64,000 bases of DNA from a virus. Its lineage: Duplodnaviria > Caudoviricetes. Position 1 is the first letter of the stretch, and each line of letters starts with the position of its first letter. Position numbers and translations under genes: made by a program. This document shows positions 10,197 through 19,964 of this stretch, one piece after another. The notes beneath the pieces were generated by a model, which was not told where the DNA came from, ran no database searches, and saw only the letters and a list, made by a program, of their open reading frames with translations. The stretch covers positions 1,512 to 65,511 of the IMG/VR virus record IMGVR_UViG_3300006143_000006, one strand, 5' to 3'.

Positions 10197-10664
10197 TTAT
10201 CGTCTGTTTTTTCTTTCTTTTTTATTTTTTGGTTTTACACTGTTAAAATAATTTTCGTCTATTTTTGAAAAGGAATATTGTGTGATGAAAAACAACATAC
10301 CTAACAATTCAACAATAGTTGCAGAAATATAGTATTTAAGAAAATTTAATAGAGAAGATGTAATTGAAGTAGATAACTTATTAAAATTAGTATAATTTAC
10401 AATAATAGAAACAATTATAAATCCGATAATTAAATTAAAAACTATCAATTGAAAAACTATCAATCCTCTTATGAAACCAACAATTTTATCTCTCAATGCT
10501 TGTTTCTGTTTTTCTGCGTTAAAAAATAATTCATTAAAATTATCGATTTCTTTATCTTTATCTTTGCCTTTGAGATAAGATATAGGAGTTTGTTTTGTTG
10601 ACATCTCCTTTATGTAAATATCAAATAATGGATTATTAGACATTAGTATTTTACTCCGGTACAA
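10197..10664 (-). CDS. Two-TM membrane protein
   Basis: Hydrophobic segments LIVFQLIVFNLIIGFIIVSII and YYISATIVELLGMLFFI; overlaps upstream peptidase stop. Confidence 0.7.
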   Translation of the reverse strand: MYRSKILMSNNPLFDIYIKEMSTKQTPISYLKGKDKDKEIDNFNELFFNAEKQKQALRDKIVGFIRGLIVFQLIVFNLIIGFIIVSIIVNYTNFNKLSTSITSSLLNFLKYYISATIVELLGMLFFITQYSFSKIDENYFNSVKPKNKKERKNRR

Positions 10665-11277
10665 TAATTTTATCTAAGATGTCATCATAATATGGTATTT
10701 TTAAAACTTCTAATCTACCTCTCATGACTGAGATTGAAACCTCAAAAATTTCTGCTAAGGCTTTAATAGAAGGTTTCATTAATCGATTTATTATATTATT
10801 TAAAGAATGTTTTGGGATTAATAATTCTCCAGCAAATGTATTTGCTTCAATTTCTTTAACAGAACCATTATTTGAATTATTACGAAATTCAATATATCCA
10901 TCTTGTAAAGAATTTCCATGGAGACAACAATGACCAAGTTCATGTGCAACGGTAAATCTTCTCCTATGTAATGAATCTGTTTCTTTATAAAATATTCCAA
11001 CATCGTTTCCGTCTAATAATACTAGGCCTGAAATTTCACCAAGATTTTTAAACTCTTCACTTTGTTCTAAATAATCAAAACTTGTTCCTACCTTTTTTAT
11101 CTTGAGATTGTCAAGAATAACATCAAGATTTACAGGTACTTGATTTAACTGACCAGTTTTTAATAAAATGGTTTCTGCGGACATTTTATTAAGTTTGTTT
11201 AATGTTTTACACATATAATCACCATCCATCCTAAGTAAAGCTTTTTGATATAAATAAAAATTCATATTTTTTGACAT
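10651..11277 (-). CDS. ImmA/IrrE-family metallo-endopeptidase
   Basis: RRRFTVAHELGH (HExxH) and EIEANTFAGELLIP, C-terminal HTH-like segment. Confidence 0.9.
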   Translation of the reverse strand: MSKNMNFYLYQKALLRMDGDYMCKTLNKLNKMSAETILLKTGQLNQVPVNLDVILDNLKIKKVGTSFDYLEQSEEFKNLGEISGLVLLDGNDVGIFYKETDSLHRRRFTVAHELGHCCLHGNSLQDGYIEFRNNSNNGSVKEIEANTFAGELLIPKHSLNNIINRLMKPSIKALAEIFEVSISVMRGRLEVLKIPYYDDILDKIIVPE

Positions 11278-11584
11278 AACCTATTCCTTTATATAAATAA
11301 TATAAAGAAGTATATCATTTTAAAATATAAAATTATATCAAAAAAGGCAAAAAAAATAAAAGATATAACTACATATCATAACACAGATATAATGTCTTCG
11401 TCAATATATTCTTTTTTTCTAATAATATCTTAGCATAAATTGCAAAATTTGTAAATATTTTTTTGATAAAAAATACTTGACAAACTATATGAAAAATAGT
11501 ATATAGAACCTTTATTTATAAATAAGCATGTTTTATGTAAAATGTCAAGAGATTTTTTTTGTAAAATATTAAATGTCAAAATTA

Positions 11585-12033
11585 TATTTCCCATGCCAAT
11601 AACGGTTGGGAACACACCGGACGGCTTACCGTCATCTTGTTATTTTATCTTGGACTATACATTACAAGCAAATGTAATAAGGTTTACATTTGCTCGGAGG
11701 AACGGTAGTCTCTGAACGTCCCACTATATCATATAGATATGTTGGTGCGCTGCTGATCAGTTAGTCGGATATACATTACATATCCTTTGCCCTTACGCTA
11801 GGTACTTAGGAACATCTCCCGATGTCTTTTTTTCACCATATACCATCTCGCTAATTTTTTCTGCTTTCGCCGCATATCACGCTTGCCGTTTCCAGCTACG
11901 TTGTAGCTTAACGAGCATTAGGCTTCCCAGCAATTACTCCTCCAGTTTGAGAACATGACACCACACGATTGTCCATGACACCATTTTCGTCACTTTCTTT
12001 CATATGGATTAGACCAGTTTAATAATAAAACAA
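11585..12033 (-). ncRNA. Group I intron catalytic core
   Basis: P AATTGCTGGGAAG (11935-11923), Q GATCAGCAGCG (11758-11748), R GTTCAGAGACTA (11717-11706), S ATGTATAGTCC (11662-11652); P3 GGAGGAG/TTCCTCC; 12-bp P8; P9 GACGG-TAAG-CCGTC. Confidence 0.92.
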
Positions 12034-14085
12034 ATCTAGGTTCTTAAAGAATGATACAGCACCAATAGTGCCTAATGATGCAGGTATTCCATTCCCCACA
12101 TCTAAAATGTTTGTTAAAATATCTAAAAATGCTGTTCCAGAGTCAATAACGCCTTTAAAAAGATCAGAACTTAATGTTGTATTAGATAGATTTTGAAAAG
12201 ATGCTTTGAACTGTTGTATTTTTGCTTCTATAGATTCTAGCCAACGTTCTTGCTCTTGCATAGCAGAACCTTCAGCATTTAATGTAGCTGCATATGCCTT
12301 TTGTACTTGCCCAGATTGAAATGCCTGTATAACAGCAGCACCTTGATTACCTCTATTTTTTCCAAACATTGTTTCAAGTAGATCTGCACGTTTTGTCTGA
12401 TCTAACTGATTCCATACTTTAGACACATCTTCTAAAATATCATAGTAATCTCTGAACTTTGTTGGGTCAGCTGAATCCATGATATTTACTTGACCTTTAG
12501 TAAGATTAAGAATGTGTGTTTGTATTTTACTAACAGACTCTAAACCTTCTGATTCTTCACCTAAGGCCTCCAAATCACCTTTCATACCTTGAATACGCAT
12601 CTGTCCAATCTTAAGAGCGTTTCCTAATTCTCCAGCAGATTGAGTGATTTCTGCTCCACCTGTAAGCATTGCAAGAGCTTTGTTCAGATCTGTCCCACCT
12701 AATGACATCATAGATGCTGCATGTGACATACCCTCACCCAAATCTTTAGCTGAGGTGGCGAACTCATTTCCAAGTTTATTATATTTGTCAACAATGGATA
12801 ATGCATCATCATACTGAATATCATAAGCCTTCATGACCGTCACAAGGTCGCTAACAGCAGTTTTATCATCAACTTCTCCAACATTAGAATAAATCGAACT
12901 GATTTTTGCTAAATTAGCACTAGAATCCATAGAATATCCTAGTTTTGCCCATTCACTTGTTTGAGTAATATATGAGGATATATCACGTCCTACATCTTTA
13001 GCTGTTTTCCCTGCATTACTTAGGAATTTATTGTATTTGTTTGAAGTCTCATCTGTGACTTTATACAAATTTGTCATGGCAGTATCGATATCAATGACAG
13101 CTTGCGCCATTTGTTTTGTAATATCAACACCGTTTTGTAGTACACCATAAACGCCAACAAACTGTCCGATTTGGCTGAACCCTCTCTTCATTTCAGTCCA
13201 AAAACTATTCCCCACGGCACCTTTTTCCTGGGCAGTAGAAACAATGGCTTTAAATTGTTTATTGTAATCTGCTAATTCTTCAGAACTTGTTGCAGATTTT
13301 TGTTTGTTAGCCAACTCAGTCAACGCTTCTCCAAATTCTTTTGCAGCTTTTGTATTATTATTTAGCCAGGTAAGCGTTTTGTTAGAAGAAGTAGTAGCAT
13401 CCAAAATGCTAAAAGGTTTTCCGATAAGTTTAATTTCATTATTAAATTTCTTTGCTGCTTCAGATAACTTATTAAATTCTGAAATAAGATTATTGTCAGA
13501 TAATTCACTTGTTTTATTAAAGTGCTTTGATATTTTAGAATATATTTTTTCGTATTCATCAGCATATTGTTGAAGTTCTTGATTATTTAAATTAGAATAT
13601 TTCTCTAATTTGTTCTGAATACTATTTCTTTGCGCTTTGTAATCACCTAATTCAAACTTTCTTGAAAATTCAGCAATCTTTTTCTGTTGTTCGTCGTAAA
13701 TTTTATTTAGTGCTTGTTTTTCTTTTTCAATAGCGTTTTGATTAGCTTTAGCACCACTAAATGCAATTTTATTTGGAACATTATAATCTTTTTCTAATTT
13801 TTTTGCGTCTTTTACAGCATCTTTGTACTTTTGAAAATAATCATCGTAATTAAATTTTACTGATTTAATACCTTGGTTAAAATTTTTCCCAATGTTTTGT
13901 CCAGTTTTCATAGCAGTAGTATTTAAACCAGACATCTGTTTTTCTAAAAGTTTACCAAGATCAGTACCATCACCAGATAATTTTACGTCTAGTTTTATCT
14001 TTTGATTCTTTTGTAAATTTTTTAACTGAGCTTCTACTTTACTGGTATCTAATACAGCTTGTATTTGTGCAATAAAGTCTGACAA
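12034..14085 (-). CDS. Tape measure protein, predicted exon 1 (684 codons; unspliced ORF stops at 12019)
   Basis: TP901-type TMP motifs (IDTAMTNLYKVTDET, EWAKLGYS, GTDLNKALAMLTGGAEITQ); ends at ...FFKNLD before intron P1. Confidence 0.9.
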
Positions 14086-14179
14086 ATAATCACTCCTTTA
14101 CATACAAAAAGCAGAAGGATCAACGACAAAATGCCAATTCTTCTGCTAAATAAAATTATATATTAATTTTTATTATGTT

Positions 14180-14623
14180 TTATAAAAATTTATAATGTGG
14201 TTTTTCTTCGCCGAACAACCAATAACGCAAATAATCATCAAGCACAATTGCTAAAAATGATATAAAGAACCAGATTATAGAAAAAGGTAAACAAATTTGT
14301 CCTAAAATATTAAAAGGTAAATCGCTATAATCCCATACATTCCATTTAAAGATAAGGTTTACAATAATCCCTGTTATAAATTCTAATGTCGTAATAATCA
14401 TAGTTCCAATTAGCATTTGCTTATATATCAGCATATCCCATTCAATATGTTCATTAATGCGTCCAATGAGATAAAACGCCAAACCTCCTACAATAACCAT
14501 AGACCAATGAGTGTATCCTCGATATATAATTTCAATGAGTGAATAAATTAATCCACCTATAGTTATAAGGATAAACGGTTTAAAAACACTGGATTTATGA
14601 GAAAATCGAATTTTCACTACCAC
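14180..14623 (-). CDS. Putative membrane protein (phage-associated 'putative ABC permease' / CmpB-like family)
   Basis: EIIYRGYTHWSM...WDYSDLPFNILGQICL motifs, 4 TM segments. Confidence 0.8.
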   Translation of the reverse strand: MVVKIRFSHKSSVFKPFILITIGGLIYSLIEIIYRGYTHWSMVIVGGLAFYLIGRINEHIEWDMLIYKQMLIGTMIITTLEFITGIIVNLIFKWNVWDYSDLPFNILGQICLPFSIIWFFISFLAIVLDDYLRYWLFGEEKPHYKFL

Positions 14624-14640
14624 ATACCCCTTCCTTTAAG

Positions 14641-15636
14641 TTACACAATATATTTTTTATGATTATATTGAACACTATCTTGTGATATTTTTGCATAAAT
14701 CATTGTAGTATCAATTTTTGCATGTCCTAACATTGCTTGAACATCAGTTATATTCATCCCTCGCTTTAATGCATCTGTGGCAGTAGTATGACGAATTAGA
14801 TGCGGATATAAATTTCTGCCAATATTAGAACGTTTTCCGATAATTCTGACAATTCTTTCTATACCTGTCTTGCTTAAACGTTGATAAGGTTTCCTTTCTG
14901 ACACAATAAGAGCATTATTATCATCGTTTCTTGTATGTAGATACTTTTTTAAATACACTTCCGATTTCGCATTTAAGTATGATGTGCGATGCTTGTTACC
15001 TTTGCCAAACAAAAACACTTCTCCAGATTTAAAATTTATATCACTTTTATTTAAATTTACCATCTCTGATACACGACAACCAGTGCTATAGAATAACTCT
15101 ATAATTGCTTTTTCTCTCAATGTAATACAACTATAACGAACTAATTCAAGTTCTATATCACTTAATGGTTCTCGTGGTTTTTCTTCATATTTAATAGGTT
15201 GTATCTGGTCACAAGGATTCTTTTTTATATATTCCTCGTTTTTGCACCATTCGAGAAAAGTATGTATTACTACACGTTTTCCATCCAAAGAATGATTTGA
15301 TATATTCCTACGTTTCTGAAGATTATATAAATAAACTCGTATATCGTTTGTTGTTATCTGATCCAGAGGTTTTTCTATATACATAAAGAAATCTCTGAGA
15401 TATAAATCGTAAATTTTTAATGTACCTTCACTAAGACCTTCTATTCGCTTGGAAATTAAGTATACCTTATAACATGATGGTATAATATCATTATAAGACA
15501 AAATGTCCGTACTCTTGCCTTTGATATCATAATCATTTGAAAATATTTCTAATTCTTGTAATACTAATTTTAAATCTTCATTATTTAGTTTTCCGTTTAA
15601 TTTTAATATAAATTCCTTCGCAAATGTATTAGTCAT
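14641..15636 (-). CDS. Tyrosine recombinase (XerD-like with SAM-like N-domain), candidate cassette invertase
   Basis: TGCRVSE, GKGNK, HLIRH, LGH...Y catalytic residues. Confidence 0.92.
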   Translation of the reverse strand: MTNTFAKEFILKLNGKLNNEDLKLVLQELEIFSNDYDIKGKSTDILSYNDIIPSCYKVYLISKRIEGLSEGTLKIYDLYLRDFFMYIEKPLDQITTNDIRVYLYNLQKRRNISNHSLDGKRVVIHTFLEWCKNEEYIKKNPCDQIQPIKYEEKPREPLSDIELELVRYSCITLREKAIIELFYSTGCRVSEMVNLNKSDINFKSGEVFLFGKGNKHRTSYLNAKSEVYLKKYLHTRNDDNNALIVSERKPYQRLSKTGIERIVRIIGKRSNIGRNLYPHLIRHTTATDALKRGMNITDVQAMLGHAKIDTTMIYAKISQDSVQYNHKKYIV

Positions 15637-15800
15637 ATTACAAACATCTCCATTCTATATAAAAATAAGAACTTATGTTTGTATATTCTTCATTTGAAAA
15701 AAATTTTTTCAAGAATTTTCATTTATTGGTAAATAAATGAAAAAGTAGTAATTATCTGATAATATATAAATAAAACTGATAATTATAGACCTGTATCACT

Positions 15801-15819
15801 TACTCAACTAAATGGCAAA
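15801..15819 (+). repeat. 19-bp inverted repeat TACTCAACTAAATGGCAAA (candidate recombination site)
   Basis: Exact reverse complement at 16730-16748; encodes TQLNGK in both cassette frames. Confidence 0.9.
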
Positions 15820-16164
15820 AGTATACAAGATATCGTCAACACATCCACGGGAACTGCTATAAAATATGCAAATGGTTTTGTTGTGGAATTCGGTCAGGCT
15901 ATATGCCCAAACGCAAATGGCTATGTTGCACAAAAAGAATTTGCGCTTCCAATAGCGATCCTATTAACTAAAAAATATTCCGTATCTGTAACCAAAAAAA
16001 GCATGGGTAACGTAGGCGCTGCAACAAGGGTAACAACCTTTGGCGAGGTATATAATAATGGTGTTACTGGATTTGTTGGGTTACAGACCGATGCGCAGGA
16101 GCTTAATACGTTATCCGATAGCAACCGCACGGTATCATGGCGTGTAACGGGATTCTGGCGCTAA
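15802..16164 (+). other. Headless tail-fibre-tip cassette A (gp53-like)
   Basis: Open from TQLNGKSIQD to WRVTGFWR-stop; KYANGFVVEFG motif; no start codon upstream in frame. Confidence 0.7.
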
Positions 16165-16172
16165 ATTTATAA

Positions 16173-16400
16173 TTAAACAATATCATTTTATCCGAGGAGA
16201 TTACTGTAACTACAAATGGTAACTGGGCTACATTATCGAGAGCTGGATATAAGTTGGCAAGTGTATATACAGTCCGGGCAGATAGCTCCTATTATATAAA
16301 AGGCGTCAACCGACGCACCGATGGACTCTACATAGTTGTGTTTGATGGGGTAAACTCAAACACGACCATACCGATATCGGTTCTTTGGATAAAATTATAG
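16173..16400 (+). other. Headless tail-fibre-tip cassette C with degenerate site
   Basis: LNNIILSEEITVTTNG...ISVLWIKL-stop; starts at an LN motif like the other cassettes; no start codon. Confidence 0.5.
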
Positions 16401-16411
16401 ATAATGCTAGG

Positions 16412-16747
16412 TTAATTTATTATCCAGCATCCGCTCACATGACGTTCCAGGGAATCTTTTTTGTCCGATACAATATCTATGCTGCCATCAGTAGTTATTA
16501 AATATCTGGTTACGCCATAATCAGCAGCATAATTAGCACTGGTAACATTTTTGGCTGTCAATATACTGCTATAACATGGTCTATACCCAGCCGGAATTAC
16601 AACCGACACTCCATGGTTTGCTGATAAAGATCCAGTTGCACTTATGCTACAAAAAACAAATTTGTAGATTTTTACTAAAGAAATTTTGCAGCTCAGTCCA
16701 TTTATGGTCGCGGTAATTTGCTGGGTAGATTTGCCATTTAGTTGAGT
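16412..16747 (-). other. Headless tail-fibre-tip cassette B
   Basis: Open from TQLNGKSTQQ through IPAGYRP to SGCWIIN-stop. Confidence 0.7.
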
Positions 16748-16748
16748 A
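16730..16748 (-). repeat. 19-bp inverted repeat (copy 2)
   Basis: TTTGCCATTTAGTTGAGTA on plus strand. Confidence 0.9.
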
Positions 16749-16951
16749 GATTGGGGTATGTCAGATTATGTCGAAAGAAGATGTTTAGTTTCTTTTGAAA
16801 ATAAATTTATCTTATGATAATATAATATTGTAAAGAGGAGGTGAATTATAATTAAATTAGCAATATCCTCAATTTTATAAAATATATAGGAACGTATAAA
16901 AATTTAAAATTCTTGTGGGACGTTTCCTATATACTTGAAATATCTCTTTAT

Positions 16952-17350
16952 TTAGTGAAATCTTTTTCCAAAGCTCTCCTGTATATTTTGTTGCACATCT
17001 TTTTCAGTTTCTGCCCAAGTCCCAGGAGCACCTAATATACCAGACCCCCCAACTTCTGCCTCCTCAAATACTTGTTTTGCAGAATAAGTTCCAGTATTGT
17101 ATGTATAACCATTATCAAGATATACAGCAGAAAACAATGTATCTCCCATATCTTCAATGCCATCAATTGTTGGAGAATTCCCATATTTATAGGTTCTTTC
17201 ATAGGATTTAGGAGTGCTACCTGCATAGAATGCCTTGGTATTCATCTGTGCATCCGCTAAAGAATTTTCAGTAGTTTCTTCTAATGCTTCATACATTTTA
17301 GCTTTTAATGCTTTTCGCAAAGCATCCATATTTTTAAATACCATGCCCAT
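16952..17350 (-). CDS. Phage tail/neck protein (HK97 gp10-like position)
   Basis: YERTY motif, position upstream of TMP. Confidence 0.55.
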   Translation of the reverse strand: MGMVFKNMDALRKALKAKMYEALEETTENSLADAQMNTKAFYAGSTPKSYERTYKYGNSPTIDGIEDMGDTLFSAVYLDNGYTYNTGTYSAKQVFEEAEVGGSGILGAPGTWAETEKDVQQNIQESFGKRFH

Positions 17351-18073
17351 TTACTTAGCATCCTTTGATTTAGATGCGCCAGAAACAGATTTCTTTCGAT
17401 TAGATTTTGGCAATGTGGATTTCATTTCAATAACATTTTTCTTGTGATTATCACTTTTAAGATATTTTTCGGTAACTAGTTCAGCTAATTTACCAAAATC
17501 CATTTCTTCATTCAACATCTTCTTATTTAATGAAGCAGTTTCTTCTGGAGTCATATAGCTCATTACTTTTTCTCCATAGTTATTTTGGTTGATTTGCTGT
17601 AATAACATTTTATTTTCATTTTGTGCAATTTCTAGTTTAAGAACTTCTAACTGCTTCTGAACCTCCAAAATTTCTAACATTTTGTTATTAAATACTGGAT
17701 TATTGTGTATAATTTGTTGCTTTTTAAATTCAACCATATCAATTACATCGTTCATAATAGAGTTAATTGTTTCAATCATTTTATTACTAGAAGAATCTTT
17801 TTTTAGATTAGTTGATAGGGTAGTAGTATATAATTCAACAAGTTCTTCATCAGCACAGACAGACTCGTATACTTTCTCATTTTCACCGAATTTAACTCCT
17901 TCAACACAATATAAGAAGAAAATAGTAGTCAATGCAGAATCGATCATATATGGAGTATATGTTAAAGAACCATCATCATTTTCTGTAAAATAAGAATCGA
18001 CAAGATGATTTGTAATAATTGCTCTTTCTTCCATAGTAATAAATTCCTTAATCTTTACATCTGTTTTAACCAT
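17351..18073 (-). CDS. Phage hypothetical protein (tail-region)
   Basis: 240 aa ORF with GGAGG RBS in late operon. Confidence 0.6.
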   Translation of the reverse strand: MVKTDVKIKEFITMEERAIITNHLVDSYFTENDDGSLTYTPYMIDSALTTIFFLYCVEGVKFGENEKVYESVCADEELVELYTTTLSTNLKKDSSSNKMIETINSIMNDVIDMVEFKKQQIIHNNPVFNNKMLEILEVQKQLEVLKLEIAQNENKMLLQQINQNNYGEKVMSYMTPEETASLNKKMLNEEMDFGKLAELVTEKYLKSDNHKKNVIEMKSTLPKSNRKKSVSGASKSKDAK

Positions 18074-18160
18074 TTAAAATCCTCCGATTCATATATAATA
18101 AAAAAGGATCCGTCTATGACAGATCCCTAGCACCTTCATACTTTAATATTTATTGTTCCG

Positions 18161-18406
18161 TTATTTCAGAAATTCCTCAATTTCTTCCAAACTCTTTCCA
18201 GATGAAATCAACATTTCAGCAGCTTTCTGTATCTCTTCTTGTTTTCTTTGCTTTTCTGCGTAAATCTCATATCTGACTTGATCTTTCTTTAACTGTTTCA
18301 GATTTGCTTTTTCCTGTTTCAACTCCGCAGATAACGATTCGATTCTTTCTTCAGATTCCGCGATTAATTCTGAATAATTTTTTTCAACAACTTTCCTTCT
18401 TGCCAT
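18161..18406 (-). CDS. Small coiled-coil protein
   Basis: GGAGG RBS, heptads. Confidence 0.6.
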   Translation of the reverse strand: MARRKVVEKNYSELIAESEERIESLSAELKQEKANLKQLKKDQVRYEIYAEKQRKQEEIQKAAEMLISSGKSLEEIEEFLK

Positions 18407-18515
18407 CTCAATGACCTCCTACTATTTGATATAGTATAAAGATAACATTCCTTTGGGAAAGAGTAAAGTGTTTTATTACAATTTTTGTAAAAAATTAGAA
18501 ATTAGATTCTAAAAA

Positions 18516-18713
18516 TTAAGTATCATTATAAATACAGTATTTCCAATATGTTCCAAATTTGTCCCACGACTCAAAATAATTTCCAAATGGTTTATATATT
18601 GTATGGTCAATCTGTGGAGAGGAATAGATTATGTTTCTATATAATGATGACGGAATAGAATTATTGTATTGATTTAAAAGTTTTGTAATTTCATATGAAT
18701 AAATATTTTTCAC
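18516..18713 (-). CDS. Small hypothetical protein
   Basis: Start overlaps RecU stop. Confidence 0.5.
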   Translation of the reverse strand: MKNIYSYEITKLLNQYNNSIPSSLYRNIIYSSPQIDHTIYKPFGNYFESWDKFGTYWKYCIYNDT

Positions 18714-19231
18714 ACTTTCTTTGACATAATTAAAAATTTTTCTATGTCATATCTATAATTTACTTTCAATTTCTTTTTATTAATTTCTATTGGGGTGCAA
18801 GACTCGAATAAGTCTATTTCATTAAAAGATTTTTTGCCGATTGTGTTTATCATATGGTTAAAATCTCTAATATTACAAAAATACGTTTTTTCGCTCAAAC
18901 GAAAATCAAAGATAAATCCACTTATAACATTTTTATATGTAGAAAACTTAGTAAGATTATCAATCTGGTGCTTATGTATTACACCTCTATCAGTTTTATC
19001 ACGTTCAAACGAAATCGATTTTGTACCTACACATTTTAGTTCAAGTGTGTATAATGTATTTCCATCAAATAAAAAACAGTCACAAGGTGATTTCGCACTA
19101 AACCTTAAATTTTGATTATTTCCAAACGACTGAGCGGAGTCTGGAGGTCTATAGTAGAATATATAATCTGGAATGGATTTTTTCCAGTTTTGTTCAAAGA
19201 TTTTTCCAACATTTTTGCTAATGTATATCAC
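18710..19231 (-). CDS. recU: RecU-family Holliday junction resolvase
   Basis: GKIFEQ, SPCDCF, LELKC, HQIDNL nuclease motifs. Confidence 0.8.
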   Translation of the reverse strand: MIYISKNVGKIFEQNWKKSIPDYIFYYRPPDSAQSFGNNQNLRFSAKSPCDCFLFDGNTLYTLELKCVGTKSISFERDKTDRGVIHKHQIDNLTKFSTYKNVISGFIFDFRLSEKTYFCNIRDFNHMINTIGKKSFNEIDLFESCTPIEINKKKLKVNYRYDIEKFLIMSKKV

Positions 19232-19289
19232 CTCAATTTATAAAGAAGCAGAAGAGGAGTTCGATGCCTCTCCTCTCTATCAAGATTAC

Positions 19290-19955
19290 TTAAGTGATTA
19301 TCAATTTAGTTTTCACTGGGAGAACAGGCAAATGATTAATGCAATATTCATATTTCGCATCTCCACTATGGTTGCCCCCAATAGCTTTGTAAGCCGTATG
19401 TAAGTTAGTAAATTCATCAATCTCATCTTCAGGTATTCCCTTAATGGAAATATAATATTTATATTTTTCGTTAATTTTATCTGCCAATACTTCTCTTTGA
19501 GCTGCCATCAAATTATCCATCTGTTGATCTTTTTCTGTATTACGTTCAACAATACTTTTAATAGAATCTGTTAGTTCTTTCTGGATTTCACGAGATTGCT
19601 CTCTGTCATGAACTCTATTTTCATAAAATTGTTTAATTTCAGATTGAGTTTCAGATATTAAAGTTTTTACTTCATCCATAAATACTGTGAAGTTTTTATT
19701 GATAATTTCATCTTGAGCATCAGATTGCTTTTCTGCTTTATCTTGCCTTTGCTGCAAAATGGAGAGATTTTGAGAAGTTTGTATCAATAATTCACGTTCT
19801 TCTCTTTTCTTTCGCATCCATTTGGTTTCCAATCCTAGCTTTCCAATTGTTCCTTCAAAAATGGAAATAACCGCTTTTAATCCGACAAGGATAGTAAATA
19901 CTGCAACGAAAAGGGCAGAATAATCAATATTAGATAATGCTGTCACTTCATTCAT
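19290..19955 (-). CDS. Membrane-anchored coiled-coil protein (lysis/holin-associated)
   Basis: N-terminal TM, coiled coil, YKAIGGNHSG C-terminal motif common in phage lysis regions. Confidence 0.55.
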   Translation of the reverse strand: MNEVTALSNIDYSALFVAVFTILVGLKAVISIFEGTIGKLGLETKWMRKKREERELLIQTSQNLSILQQRQDKAEKQSDAQDEIINKNFTVFMDEVKTLISETQSEIKQFYENRVHDREQSREIQKELTDSIKSIVERNTEKDQQMDNLMAAQREVLADKINEKYKYYISIKGIPEDEIDEFTNLHTAYKAIGGNHSGDAKYEYCINHLPVLPVKTKLIIT

Positions 19956-19964
19956 ATCATCACC

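Larger units (their letters stand above)
1834..12033 (-). mobile_element. Predicted giant (10,200 nt) group I intron with gene cargo in the P9 region
   Basis: 5' splice site U.G in P1 at 12034/12033; 3' end ...CTTGCAG| at 1834 giving P9.0 and terminal G; 9-bp P10 with exon 2; in-frame TMP junction. Confidence 0.8.

Noticed and set aside
12019-14085. Reading the 688-aa TMP ORF as a truncated pseudogene or a complete short TMP
   Set aside because: Its last codons coincide with an intron P1/IGS, and an in-frame TMP continuation with matching P10 exists at 1833.
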